Part shown: positions 50,301 through 61,679 of the stretch, in pieces | How positions within the stretch are numbered: the first letter of the stretch is position 1 | How the letters are laid out: every line of letters starts with the position of its first letter | Assembly: GCF_035084215.1 (NCBI RefSeq) | Contig: NC_090353.1 | Span: 25,296,001 to 25,360,000 of the forward strand | Source of the DNA: Heptranchias perlo | Lineage: Eukaryota | Length of the DNA stretch: 64,000 nt | Direction: 5' to 3' | The notes under the pieces: generated by a model | What the model saw: the letters and a program-made list of their open reading frames with translations, nothing else | Database searches by the model: none | What the model was told of the DNA's origin: nothing | Position numbers and translations under genes: made by a program

Positions 50301-52482
50301 TTGCACCGTCCATTTGCACTGGCTGCCCCCATAGCGGCACGCTTGGTTCCTCAGGTACTTTGCAGGCCTCAAGCCTCCCCACCTGATAATATGGGCAGCA
50401 GCCACCTGATGTGCCATCAGATTATCTGTCCCTGTGTGTTTCTAAGAATTTGCTGAGAGCAGGTATAAGGATTAAAAATGCCCTCTTTGTTTCAAACAAT
50501 CAAACCAGTTTCTATGAAGTGTAACAAAAGCACAAAAGAAAAGTACTGCATATGCTGGAAATCTGAAATGAGAGCATCTCATCTACCACCTTATCTGGCT
50601 TCCTGCTAACAGCCCGTTAGAAAAGTAAAACGTCCTGTCTGTGTTTTTACCTGCTTCAAGTCACCAACCCGCACTCCCAATGATGGAGGGAGAGGCCCTT
50701 GAAATTTATGAATTATGTGCTCAAGTCTCTGGAATCAGGCCTGAACCCACAACCTTCTGACTCAGAGGTGAGTGTTACCACTGAGCCAAGGCTTACACCT
50801 AAAGACCATGATCTCCAAGCTTGAAGCTCCTGATGAACGTGAGACATTTGGTAGGCCTGGAATACACCCAGGAGTTTCTAGGAATGGATGATTAATCTCC
50901 CAGGCACTGCTGCCAGCAACCCAGGTGTAGAGTTTGGACTTCGCACCTGTGGTTTGTGCCTGTGTATGTTCTTCGCCTGCTTGCGGGTGGCCGCCTCATT
51001 CTAAGAACTTCTCGCACCATAGCTGCTGGCATGAAACCAGGAGCAAAGGTTCTCAACTATAGAGGACTTAACCTTTATAAGGTAATCGCAATAACATTTG
51101 CAAACTGTGGGTAAGTGTCATGCAATCATAATGTCACGTGATCAGACGACACATGATCAAGCCTCCAGGAATACCTCCAACCAGGGTCGGCAACCCTAAG
51201 TGAGCCACAGGAGGCAGCTGGTGGGTAAGGGAGGGTTCCGGGACACAGGCCTCATTTTCTGGTGGTAGATGTGGAGCGGGATCGGATCCAGTCAGGGTCC
51301 CAGGACGGCATTTACAACTTGGAAGGGATCTCGCCAGAGCAGTGGACTCGTATATTGGAGCAGAAAGGGATCCAGCCAGGGCCATAGATTGGCATCAGGG
51401 AACAGGAAGTGATCACACTAGAGAAAAAAGCAATGTGAGAGGGGTGGTGCTGTGGAGCTGTTACCTTTGAGATGCAAAACAGGAGCTAGGAGGACTGAAA
51501 TATATTATGGTAAGACTATGGGAATTTAAATCTCACATGCTTAAGCCTAATACCCAGAGGGGATACACAGGCGTGACACCCAGATGTGACAGGAATGGCC
51601 TGACTTGACCTTCCTGTAAGCACAGGAAGCCCGAACTATTTGCAATTTTAAAAAAATGTTATATAAAGAAGATTTATTCATATAAAATAACATAAGTAGC
51701 AGCAATTGTGAAAGTAGCAGCCATGACCAACAAACACACAGCAGGATCCACTTGAAGCCAAGCAACATCTAAATGTTTCCTGACATCATTAATTGTGTTG
51801 GAAAACCACTGAACATGAAACATACCAATAATTGACAATGATGTCAAGTCATTGTTAAAGACAAAAACACTGCCATCAAAACACCAAGGCAAATTGTATT
51901 TTAAACTAAATTATCAAAAATAAAAGATGAAATAGATTGCGTCAGGCAGAAGGGAGAATAATCGTTTTTTACTTCTTACACTCAAGAGGAAACTGTATGG
52001 ATGTATTGCAGAGAAAATGATTGAAGGGTATTAGAGAAGGAGCAGGATGTGGTGCTTTTTTAAACTTTGAAAGCAGCTAGATGAACCACTTTAGTCCTGT
52101 ATTTTGTACCTCCTTACAATCCAACAGGTCTCTTTAGTCAGACTTGATTGCAGGTTGCACTGCCGTCTACTGGCAGAAAAGAGAAAACACATTAATTATA
52201 TATTTTCCCAGTAATTCTATTTTCCATTTAAACCAGTGACAATGCTCCTGTTACTTTTATCTTATATTGACGTGTCTGCTTGACGTTTCGAAATATATCC
52301 GATTCATTATCTCATTTTAAATGCGTGTCCTCAACTTATCACTTGATTGATTGTATTGACATTAAATTCATTTTCCGAGCAACAGATTTCAAATCTGAAA
52401 AATTGTATAAAAATGAAAGTTAAAATTAATAATCTTTTGTACATGGTAGAATTTTCTCATATATCTAACAGCATTTTTTAAA

Positions 52483-52960
52483 AATTCATTCATGGGATGT
52501 GGGCGTCGCTGGCGAGGCCGACATTTATTGCCCATCCCTAATTGCCCTCGAGAAGGTGGTGGTGAGCCGCCTTCTTGAACCGCTGCAGTCCGTGTGGTGA
52601 AGGTTCTCCCACAGTGCTGTTAGGAAGGGAGTTCCAGGATTTTGACCCAGCGATGATGAAGGAACGGCGATATATTTCCAAGTCGGGATGGTGTGTGACT
52701 TGGAGGGGAACGTGCAGGTGGTGTTGTTCCCATGTGCCTGCTGCTCTTGACTTCTAGGTGGTAGAGGTCGCGGGTTTGGGAGGTGCTGTCAAAGAAGCCT
52801 TGGCGAGTTGCTGCAGTGGATCCTGTGGATGGTACACACTGCAGCCACAGTGCGCCGGTGGTGAAGGGAGTGAATGTTTAGGGTGGTGGATGGGGTGCCA
52901 ATCAAGCGGGCTGCCTTATCTTGGATGGTGTCGAGCTTCTTGAGTGTTGTTGGAGCTGCA
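52483..52960 (-). mobile_element. Relatively young LINE 3' fragment (CR1-group RT C-terminus and 3'UTR)
   Basis: The reverse strand encodes AAPTTLKKLDTIQDKAARLIGTPSTTLNIHSLHHRRTVAAVC; CpG-rich and sharply bounded. Confidence 0.75.
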
Positions 52961-55403
52961 AAAAGTGAATTTCAAGGCACCAGGTGGATTGCTTTTATCT
53001 GTAGATGAAATTTGAATTTTTTCCTCAAGTGAAAATTGAGATGAATATTCAGATATTCGTTTTCATTTAAGAAAATTTGACCATTTTAATAATTACTGGA
53101 ATTTTAAAAAAATCGCTGCAGTTCCTTAATAATCTTATTTAGTTCTCTAACTCTTCATAGTTCGACGAGCTGAATCCTGGAATTATCCTTATTTTCCATT
53201 TCTGAATCCTTTCCACTGTTTATGTAGCTTTTCAGAAGTAAGGTGATAACACTTGGACATAGCAATCCAGGTGCTGGTCTCACTAGAGCTTTATAGCTTG
53301 TCAACGTCATTTCCATGGATTTACCCATTTGTTATCCTTAGAGCTTAGAGCTCCCCCAATGTTTCAGCTTGTTAAGACAGTAAGTAATAGAGCTATACAG
53401 GCCACAATAGGCCCAGGTCTGATCTCCACTCTGTGCTGAGTTAATTGTTCTGAGCTGGATTGGTGGTAGAGGTGCTACAATTAGTCCCAGTACCTTTGGT
53501 TGGGAAGGGAAAAATTTATCTGGGTTCCAGTGGCCCCTGCTGGAAGTGTATGAGTATTGATACTGGCTGAGAACAGAATTGAGCTTGACTATAATCTTGC
53601 TGACACTGCCTAGATTTACAAATGTAGAATGGCTGCTTAACTGAGGTACTGGAGGATGATTGGTGCCTGTATAATCATGTCCCATCAAGAAGTTAAACTT
53701 TCAGGAGGAGAGAGAAGGGGAGAAGAGAAAACCAATGGAAAAAGGAGGAAGAATAAAATTGAGCCATACACTGAGGTATATTTTTGTTCAATGTTTGGTC
53801 AACTATTACTCCTAGGTTTTTCTTTTTGTAATCACATTGAGTACCAATATGTATTAACTTGCATTTCTCAATGTAAATTCCACTCACAATTCATCTGCCC
53901 AATTATTGAACCATTGTAGATATCTTTGAATGTTATCTCCTTCTTACCTACACAATTATATAATTGCACATTCTGTTTTTAACACCTTTATCAAGATCAT
54001 CTGTAATTGTTGCAAAAAGCCTGGATCTCAGAACGAAGCCTGAGGTAATCGTCTGGTGACAGCTTCTAATTACAATTGTTATCATTGATCACTCGTCTTC
54101 ATTTCCTATTATTTAGCCAATTTATTATCCAATTTACTACTTCCTCCTTTATCCCCCAGAGATATTGCTTTAACTGCAAGTCTCTCGTTGAAGGATCCTG
54201 ATTGAATGCCTCCTGAGAGTCTCAATATGTATATAAAACCTCCACCACATCGTCATTACACCAGTGGGCACCACAAGGAATGAACAACAATGTTATGATT
54301 TAGTTTTATATGTTTCCTTTTGTTTTGCATGTTTAAGTTTCATGTTTAAGTTCCTTTATTAGTTATGCTCCTTAAAAAAAGGGGGACTCGTATAAAAAAA
54401 AGTTATGTTGATGACACCCAGTGTCATCTTTATGGATCATTTAAAAAAGGCATTGCCATTATTCACCAATTCTGTTGCATCCCCAAAAGAATTCCAATAA
54501 ATTTATTGGACGTGATCTATGTGCTTTTCATAAACCCATGTTGTCTTCAACGTTCCGCCATTACTCTTATTAAATGCTCTTGAAATGCACCCTTCATGTT
54601 AGTCTCATTGTCCCGTCTGTGGTTGTGAGGATCATGTTTCTGTTGGATTTTAAAACATTAGCCATTTTCAAATGAACTGAAGAAAAAAAAATGTCAGTCA
54701 CAGCTCCTCCTAAATCCATCTTATTTTCTTAAAAATTTTGAATGTATTTATCTTGTCCTTCCCTAACGAATATTTGAGCATTCCAAATTTTTTGTGACCA
54801 TTTCGTTACTAATCTTCTTTACCAGGGCCTCAAAACTGTGAGCTCCTTGCCTACTTCAGTCTTTCCTTCCTCCTACAACTGTCATCTAGTCAATATTTGC
54901 TGATTTACTGTTTTTAACCCCATTAATGTCCTGTACTGTGATCCTTGGTGTTTTAAAAAGAAATCACTGGTCCCTTCATGAAATCCCTCCTAAATACAGA
55001 AAAAAGGATTATTGTTGATTTCTACTGTAGAAACTGTAAAACAAACCAAGATATGTGGTCACATTTTTCACTTCTTATCCTTAAATTAAAGTCTTAATAT
55101 TAACAGACCCTTCCCCACCAAAAAATGTTAATCCCCCAAAAAACCTTGAAATTTGTTTCTCCTTTTTTCATCCCTGATTATCTTTTTAATAGTATGAATT
55201 CCCTTTCAATTGCTTTGACATTTATCCCATCTGGATTATACGAGAACAATTTAACAAACATTACCAGTTCTTTACTGCTGCAGATGTGATGTTGATGCTT
55301 AGCCTTTCTATACAGATCTAAAAGCTTGTTTTTAATTTCTAGCAGATGAAGATTGAAGGTGCTTTTACATGGGTGATTGTTTAAATGAGACAACATTAGA
55401 GTT

Positions 55404-55506
55404 CTGAAATAAAAACAGAAAATGCTGGAAATACTCAGCAAGTCAGGCAGTATCTGTGGAGAAAGAAACAGAGTTAACGTTTCAGGTAGATGACCCTTCG
55501 TCAGAA
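55404..55506 (-). mobile_element. Penelope-like terminal repeat with a minimal hammerhead ribozyme-like core
   Basis: The minus strand reads CTGACGA-AGGGTCATCTACCT-GAAACGTTAACTC: CUGANGA, stem II, GAAA and the palindrome GTTAAC. Confidence 0.65.
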
Positions 55507-57859
55507 TCAGAATTCTGAAGTTAGGACAAGGGAGCCTGTTTCAGGGACCTGAAATTCTAGGCCTTACCTAGTTTAGATGTTGGTTATGATATTGTCAGAA
55601 ACTCTTTATCAGATCAATGCCCTGTAATCACTACTAGAGTCCATTTTTCGATATGCTAGCAGATTTCCTAGGGCGTTGCTTAAGACAAGTTAGGGAATAC
55701 ACTCTATTATAACAATGAGGGGGTATTGTGCCATGTAAAGCAGCAAAGTATTACTATCATGGCCATTGATTTTTGGCCCCTGAATAAGTCAAATTCTGTT
55801 CCATCAAATCAACAATCTGTGATGGGGAATTGTTACAGGAAGTAAGTGTGACGCAGGCAGGAAGTACACGCTAAATGCAAGACTGTTAATATAGTAAAGA
55901 CAATTTACACAATGAGTTCTGATGCTACAGACATGCATTGAAACTTAGTTGGAAAAGAAGAATAACTAATGAAGGTCCTTGAGCTGACACAAGGAAAGAG
56001 AGAAGTGATGAGATTGATTCTGATGAGAAAAATGACATATTCAGGGCACCTTATTCGGGAGGCACAAGGAATGTTGTTGTGGCTGTTACTGCCTGGTAAA
56101 GTTGACGGTGAAAGATTACAAGATAGAATGGCCACATAGAACAGTGCATTGGCAGCCCACCTCCGAAGCAAGGAGTCACATAGAAAAAAAAGATACCTCC
56201 CAAAACAGAGTGCATTGTTTCTCAGTAAAACTATTTATTCCTGTCAGTTGGTCCCATTAAACGCCTAGTGCTGTAAAATGCCCCTTTTCCTGTCACGTGC
56301 TAAACAATATGCCAAAAGTCATGGTAATGGAAGATGGGAAACCATACAATGCCTGTTTATGTTCAAGAAATAAATTATACTTGGGCGTATGTTTTTGTTT
56401 CTTTTTGATGTACTTTACCATTTATTATGTTATTCCTCTCCTATTCTCTTCCAGGCAAATATCTTCCCAGGTTGAAGGTGTTGCTCTGCAACTGGCCACC
56501 AGGAGGTGTCTAATAATCCTCCTCAGTAAATGGTCACCCAATTTTCCATCTCTCCGTAAGAGAAGAATCTGTCCTCTGCTTTGTGCCTCCCATTGTGGCA
56601 TAGTTGGGATCAGGAACTCACCATTCAAGTTATCCCATTACAAACACACATTCAGAATTCCGTGGTGTATGGTGCTGTTGCTACATGGTGCTCCATCATT
56701 GTGCTCCACCTAAGACTCTGTTCAAGGCTGTAACTCTTACCAGAACATACTGGCTGTTTTTCAAAATTTTGCTGAGCTTACAGAGATGGAGAAATGTAGC
56801 TACAGAGCTAATAAATCAACAGGATATGATTGGAGAGGAGCAAGACACAAAGGATGTGTTCACAGCATAGAAGTGGATTGGCTGCAGTGTCTCCAATGGC
56901 CTTATGTATTAAGCTAGTGCTGCTAATATCTTGGTATGGTACTGAACCATAGATCAGAAGGTCCCAGGTTTAACCACTAGCCTAAACTGAGTTACCTGAT
57001 TGCTCTGAAGTAGTCACTGTTGTCATGTAGGCAAACACAGCAGCTATTGTGTTCATAGACCACAATGAGATTAATGACCAGTTAATCTGTTTTTTTGGTG
57101 GTATTGAGGGAGGTATGTTAGCCTCCCTCAACTGGCAGAACTCTCTGTTCTTTTAATATTGCCATGGGATCTATAATGTTCACCGTGGCTTAATACCTTA
57201 TCTGAAGGACGGCACCTGAAATAATGCAGCACTCCTTCAGTACTGCACTGATGTCAGACGAAATTACCCTCTAATATCCTGTAGTGGGGCTTGAACCCAT
57301 AACCTTCTGACTTTGAAGTGAGAGTGCAACCATCTGATGCTACTAAATAAATAAATAGTTTTGTGGTCACTGCATTGTGACATTGTAACTAAATTGATGG
57401 AACTCATGCCTGTGTATTGCATTTAAAATGATGCACAGGTTGAAGTGATTCACATCATTCAAAATTAGTCCAAACAGTTAATATTTATAATATGTAAAGG
57501 CGGAGTTCATAGATGGGGCTTTTATTTTTTTGGGACAGCTGTGTTGCAGCTGGTGTTATGGTGGATAGGCCAACAGATAGAAGGTTTCCACATGATTTGA
57601 ACTTCAGTGATATTTAATTTTACTGCATGGTACAGGGAGTTGGAATATAATTTGGCAATCTGATATTGAAATGTACAGTGTGCAGTAAATATTATATAAT
57701 GGGCTGTCATAGCATTACATGGTAGTGCTCCAAAGGTACAAATAACATTACAAACCTCAGCACTGAATCCTGAAATTGTACTGCCAACCTTAATTATCTG
57801 ACTGTTATCTAGTATTTTACATGCTTTGCTTCCCCCATTTCTCTCCTCCTCTGCTGAAA

Positions 57860-58648
57860 GTGCTGACACTTGCTGGGATAGTTATACATATGGCAACAGT
57901 CTTTCGATACCTTGCACAAGCAGCCATTTTTCACGTATGAACCTGAACAGTGAGTGTTATCAGGATATTCCATCATGGAGGGCATCACAACAAACCTGAT
58001 TCCGTCCTTACCAGATGTCCACACATCCAGCAGGGGTCACTGGATCATCATTAGGAATGGAAACCTAGGTGATTTTCCTCTGCCTAGCCCAGGGGCACTG
58101 ATACTAGTTATGGCACCCCTACCAAGTCCTTGCTGGGATCAGCTAATTCAGCAGAGACTGGGGCATCAATCTTGGGATCTTCTTGACCTGTAAGTCTCAG
58201 CACCATAACTGTGTTAAAAAAATACATTTGTAAACAATTTTACAACACCAAGTTATAGTCCAGCAATTTTATTTTAAATTCACAAGCTTTCGGAGAAAGT
58301 CTCCGAAAGCTTGTGAAAGTCTCCGAAAGATCCCAAGATTGATGCCCCAGTCTCTGCTGAATTAGCTGATCCCAGCAAGGACTTGGTAGGGGTGCCATAA
58401 CTAGTATCAGTGCCCCTGGGCTAGGCAGAGGAAAATCACCTAGGTTTCCATTCCTAATGATGATCCAGTGACCCCTGCTGGATGTGTGGACATCTGGTAA
58501 GGACGGAATCAGGTTTGTTGTGATGCCCTCCATGATGGAATATCCTGATAACACTCACTGTTCAGGTTCATACGTGAAAAATGGCTGCTTGTGCAAGGTA
58601 TCGAAAGACTGTTTCCATATGTATAACTATCCCAGCAAGTGTCAGCAC
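57860..58648. repeat. Inverted repeat with 322-bp arms (57860-58181 / 58327-58648, one mismatch seen) and a 145-bp spacer holding a Penelope-like terminus and an 18-bp hairpin
   Basis: Mirror ORFs 57954+/58554- and 58024-/58484+ are identical over the arms apart from one residue (CCHMY vs CFHMY). Confidence 0.95.
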
Positions 58649-59145
58649 AGAGGCAATGGGACGAATGGGCTCCTTCTGTCCTGTATGATTTGGGTATTGA
58701 ATTTAGACATCTGCTACCCTCCATGAGATATACAGCAAGTGCACAAGATGATGACTGCATATGGATTATATATATATATATAGATCCCTAGGTAAATAAC
58801 ATTAGGTGGAGTGAAGTATGGAAATGTTGCAAATGAGGTGTATGTTTCTGTTTAGAAGCCAATGAGATGAGTGGATGGGTGTCACATGGCTGTTCAGAGA
58901 GGGTAGAACAAAGTAACGGAATGTGGTTACTGTCACCAGCTCTCTCTCTCTCTGCACGTTGGCTGATCGCTGCGGTTTCAGTGCAACGCGACTGAGCTGC
59001 GAAGTTTTGATGGAATAAGAAAGGAGACAATTTTATAACAGTCGCTGGTCGGGGTGGGGAGGATCTGCCACATCGGACCGTCCAGGAAGAAGAAAGAGGG
59101 GGGGGGGGCACAGAAAAAAAAATAGTATTCGCCGTTTGCAAGAAA

Positions 59146-59235
59146 ATGTTTTCTCGCAAGAAAAGGGAATTGATGAAAACGCCTTCAATATCTAAGAAGA
59201 ACAGAACAGGAAGTCCCGTACCGCACAGCACATCT
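59146..59235 (+). CDS. ARHGAP45: ARHGAP45 (HMHA1) first coding exon
   Basis: MFSRKKRELMKTPSISKKNRTGSPVPHSTS|gtaagt, 90 bp, phase 0. Recognised as the conserved ARHGAP45 N-terminus; preceded by a CpG-enriched 5' region from ~58930. Confidence 0.9.
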
Positions 59236-59569
59236 GTAAGTCGCAAGCATCCTCTCTGCCTGTGTAGGAATGTATTTAAATAATCTTCGGGGAGGTTGCA
59301 AAATACACAGCACTTGCAGTTTTAGCTGTCAGGGCAGGGCAGGTCTGGGCGGAAAGTAGTGAATTGATGCAGGTTTAACTGGAAATGAGCAGGATCCTTT
59401 CAACTCAAATTAATTGTAATGTAATAACGAAGTTGCAAAAGATTGACAAAGTTTGAATATTTAGACCCCTCTTATTTATTTGTGTGCGTGTGTGGATTCT
59501 GCGAGGTTGCTTTTAATAAGATTTTTTTTACAATATATACATATATGAGAGAGACAAGTTGGGAGAAGG

Positions 59570-59683
59570 ATGCTGAGCAAGCGAAGCACTGGGAAAAGCA
59601 GTTACAGTCCTTATACTGTGGGACTGAGGGGGAAGAAATCGAGAACAAAATCCGGCCTGGACGTGCTTCCCAATCGTCCAAAG
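59570..59683 (+). CDS. ARHGAP45: Probable alternative first coding exon of ARHGAP45
   Basis: GGATGC start; MLSKRSTGKSSYSPYTVGLRGKKSRTKSGLDVLPNRPK|gtatgg, 114 bp, phase 0 like the upstream exon. Confidence 0.6.
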
Positions 59684-61679
59684 GTATGGCTCACGGTAGG
59701 TAGAAGAAACTTGGGGAGATAAGACTATTTTATAACATGTAGCTCAGTAAATTTGCCTTTTATTCTCCTCTGTTTAATACTTCATAATAAGTGTTAGCAG
59801 TAACTCTGTTATTTTGCAGCACTGTGGGCAGTTGTGCAATAACCTCAACCCCTCTGCATCATTGTTATATTTATTATTAAATGCTGTGCACTTTTACTTG
59901 CCAGTGATGTTTCATTAACAGCTAAAGCTGCTTGGAAGCAGTTTTATAATATTTTTGTACGAACAGCACAATGACCATTGACACAGTTATAACATAAAGT
60001 CTACAATATTCGCTCAAAGGGGCCAGAAGTTCAGTCTTTGGTGGCACTGCCTATATGTCGGCCAATTAATCACCAGGAAAGATTTTGAGTCAGAACCATC
60101 AGGCGATGCTTCAACAAGTAGCAGCAGCCAATGGCAGGCAGCATCTGACACTGTCAGACCCCCACAACACCTATTTTAGGTAACACAAAGAAAGTAGGTG
60201 GAGTCAGTCCACAAGTTAAATTTTTTCTATCTTATTTCATCAACATTCTGTACAGTAATTAATTACTGAGGGCTACAAGGCACATGGTCTGTGTAAGCGT
60301 GTAGCTGATGGCATAAGTAAAGAAGTTTATAAAGCTTATTCGAACTGTGAAATTTCAATTCAAATACTTGAATATTGTCATGATATAATATAATATCCAT
60401 GTTTTAAAAAGCAAATTGAAACCGCGTCAGGACTCTTTACTCTTACAGTTTATCTGTTTGTTATATAGTTCATATTTATAACTTTAAACTGATATGATAT
60501 ATAGCATTCACCAAAAGGGAAGGAAACAAGCCCGCGATATCGACTGTGGAAGGAAATAGATTCTGACTGTCATCACACTACCATCTCTACGTATGTCCTT
60601 GGTCTAACCATAAGTTAACAAAAGACATTATGTGTCAAGGGAATTATTAATTACATAAGCAGATATTCAGCCTGTATTTTCTTTTTCATTTAGTGAATGT
60701 AATAGTTGTAATTTTATCAAATAAATGTAAAGAGGAATTCTGTGGTGCATTAGTGGCTCGTTAAGAAAATGCACTGCCTGTATGATAAGTAGCAGGAATG
60801 GCCTTCGCTTTGATTCCTGCTCTGCTGAATTAACCAGAACTGTAGTCAGGCTGTTACCATTTGCCTCAGTGCCCCCAGGTTAAGGGAGGGAAAAATTAGA
60901 TAGGATTCACCCTCTTGAATACTATCCTTACTGGAAAGTGCACATGGTTGAATTTTGAGTGAGGACAGGTTTGGGCCTAGCTGTGATAGCCTTACAGTTC
61001 AGAATGTGTATAATTACAAACAGTTCGTACTGCATCAGTTTTATAAAGAACCTTAGTGTGACCGGTCTCGATTCTAGAGCACAAACAGTCCTTAATTCAG
61101 CACTAACTGGCACTAAATTAGAAATCCCACTTAAGACTGGCCACAGAGTCGCCGGTGTAGAAAATGTAAAGATGCCACATTGGTGCAATAGGGGGTGCTA
61201 TTTTGTAGTTGGGGCTGAGGTACATTGTTAGGGCAGCATGTTGGGAACTTTACTCTGCATCTAACATTGCTATACCATATCTCATACTGTTGAAGCTGAC
61301 ACTTGATGCCCAAAATTCTCCAGCACTAACATCCCTCCCTCAGATTATTATTTGATGAAAAAGGAATATCTCTGATGTTGATAGAATTGGATTTGTTAAG
61401 ACTGGTGCCGAGTATCAAAGATGCTAAACAATTACGTATACATAGAAACAAATAGATAAATGGGTACAAAAACAGAAATATAAACACATAAATGATAGAC
61501 ATAAGCAGACCTAATCTGAATGTAAAATATAAATTGACAGGGGGAGCGGCACCAGGATGAAGCATTAGATAGGAGATACAAGGTGCACAGAGGACTGGGA
61601 GAGACAAATAGCATTAGAATAAAGAGTAGTTTAGAAATAAGAGGGATTAGACAGGAGGGAGATACAAGGCAGACTAAGA

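Noticed and set aside
57954-58554. Two identical ORFs on opposite strands suggesting a gene pair
   Set aside because: They are a by-product of the inverted duplication of an old SINE-like sequence.
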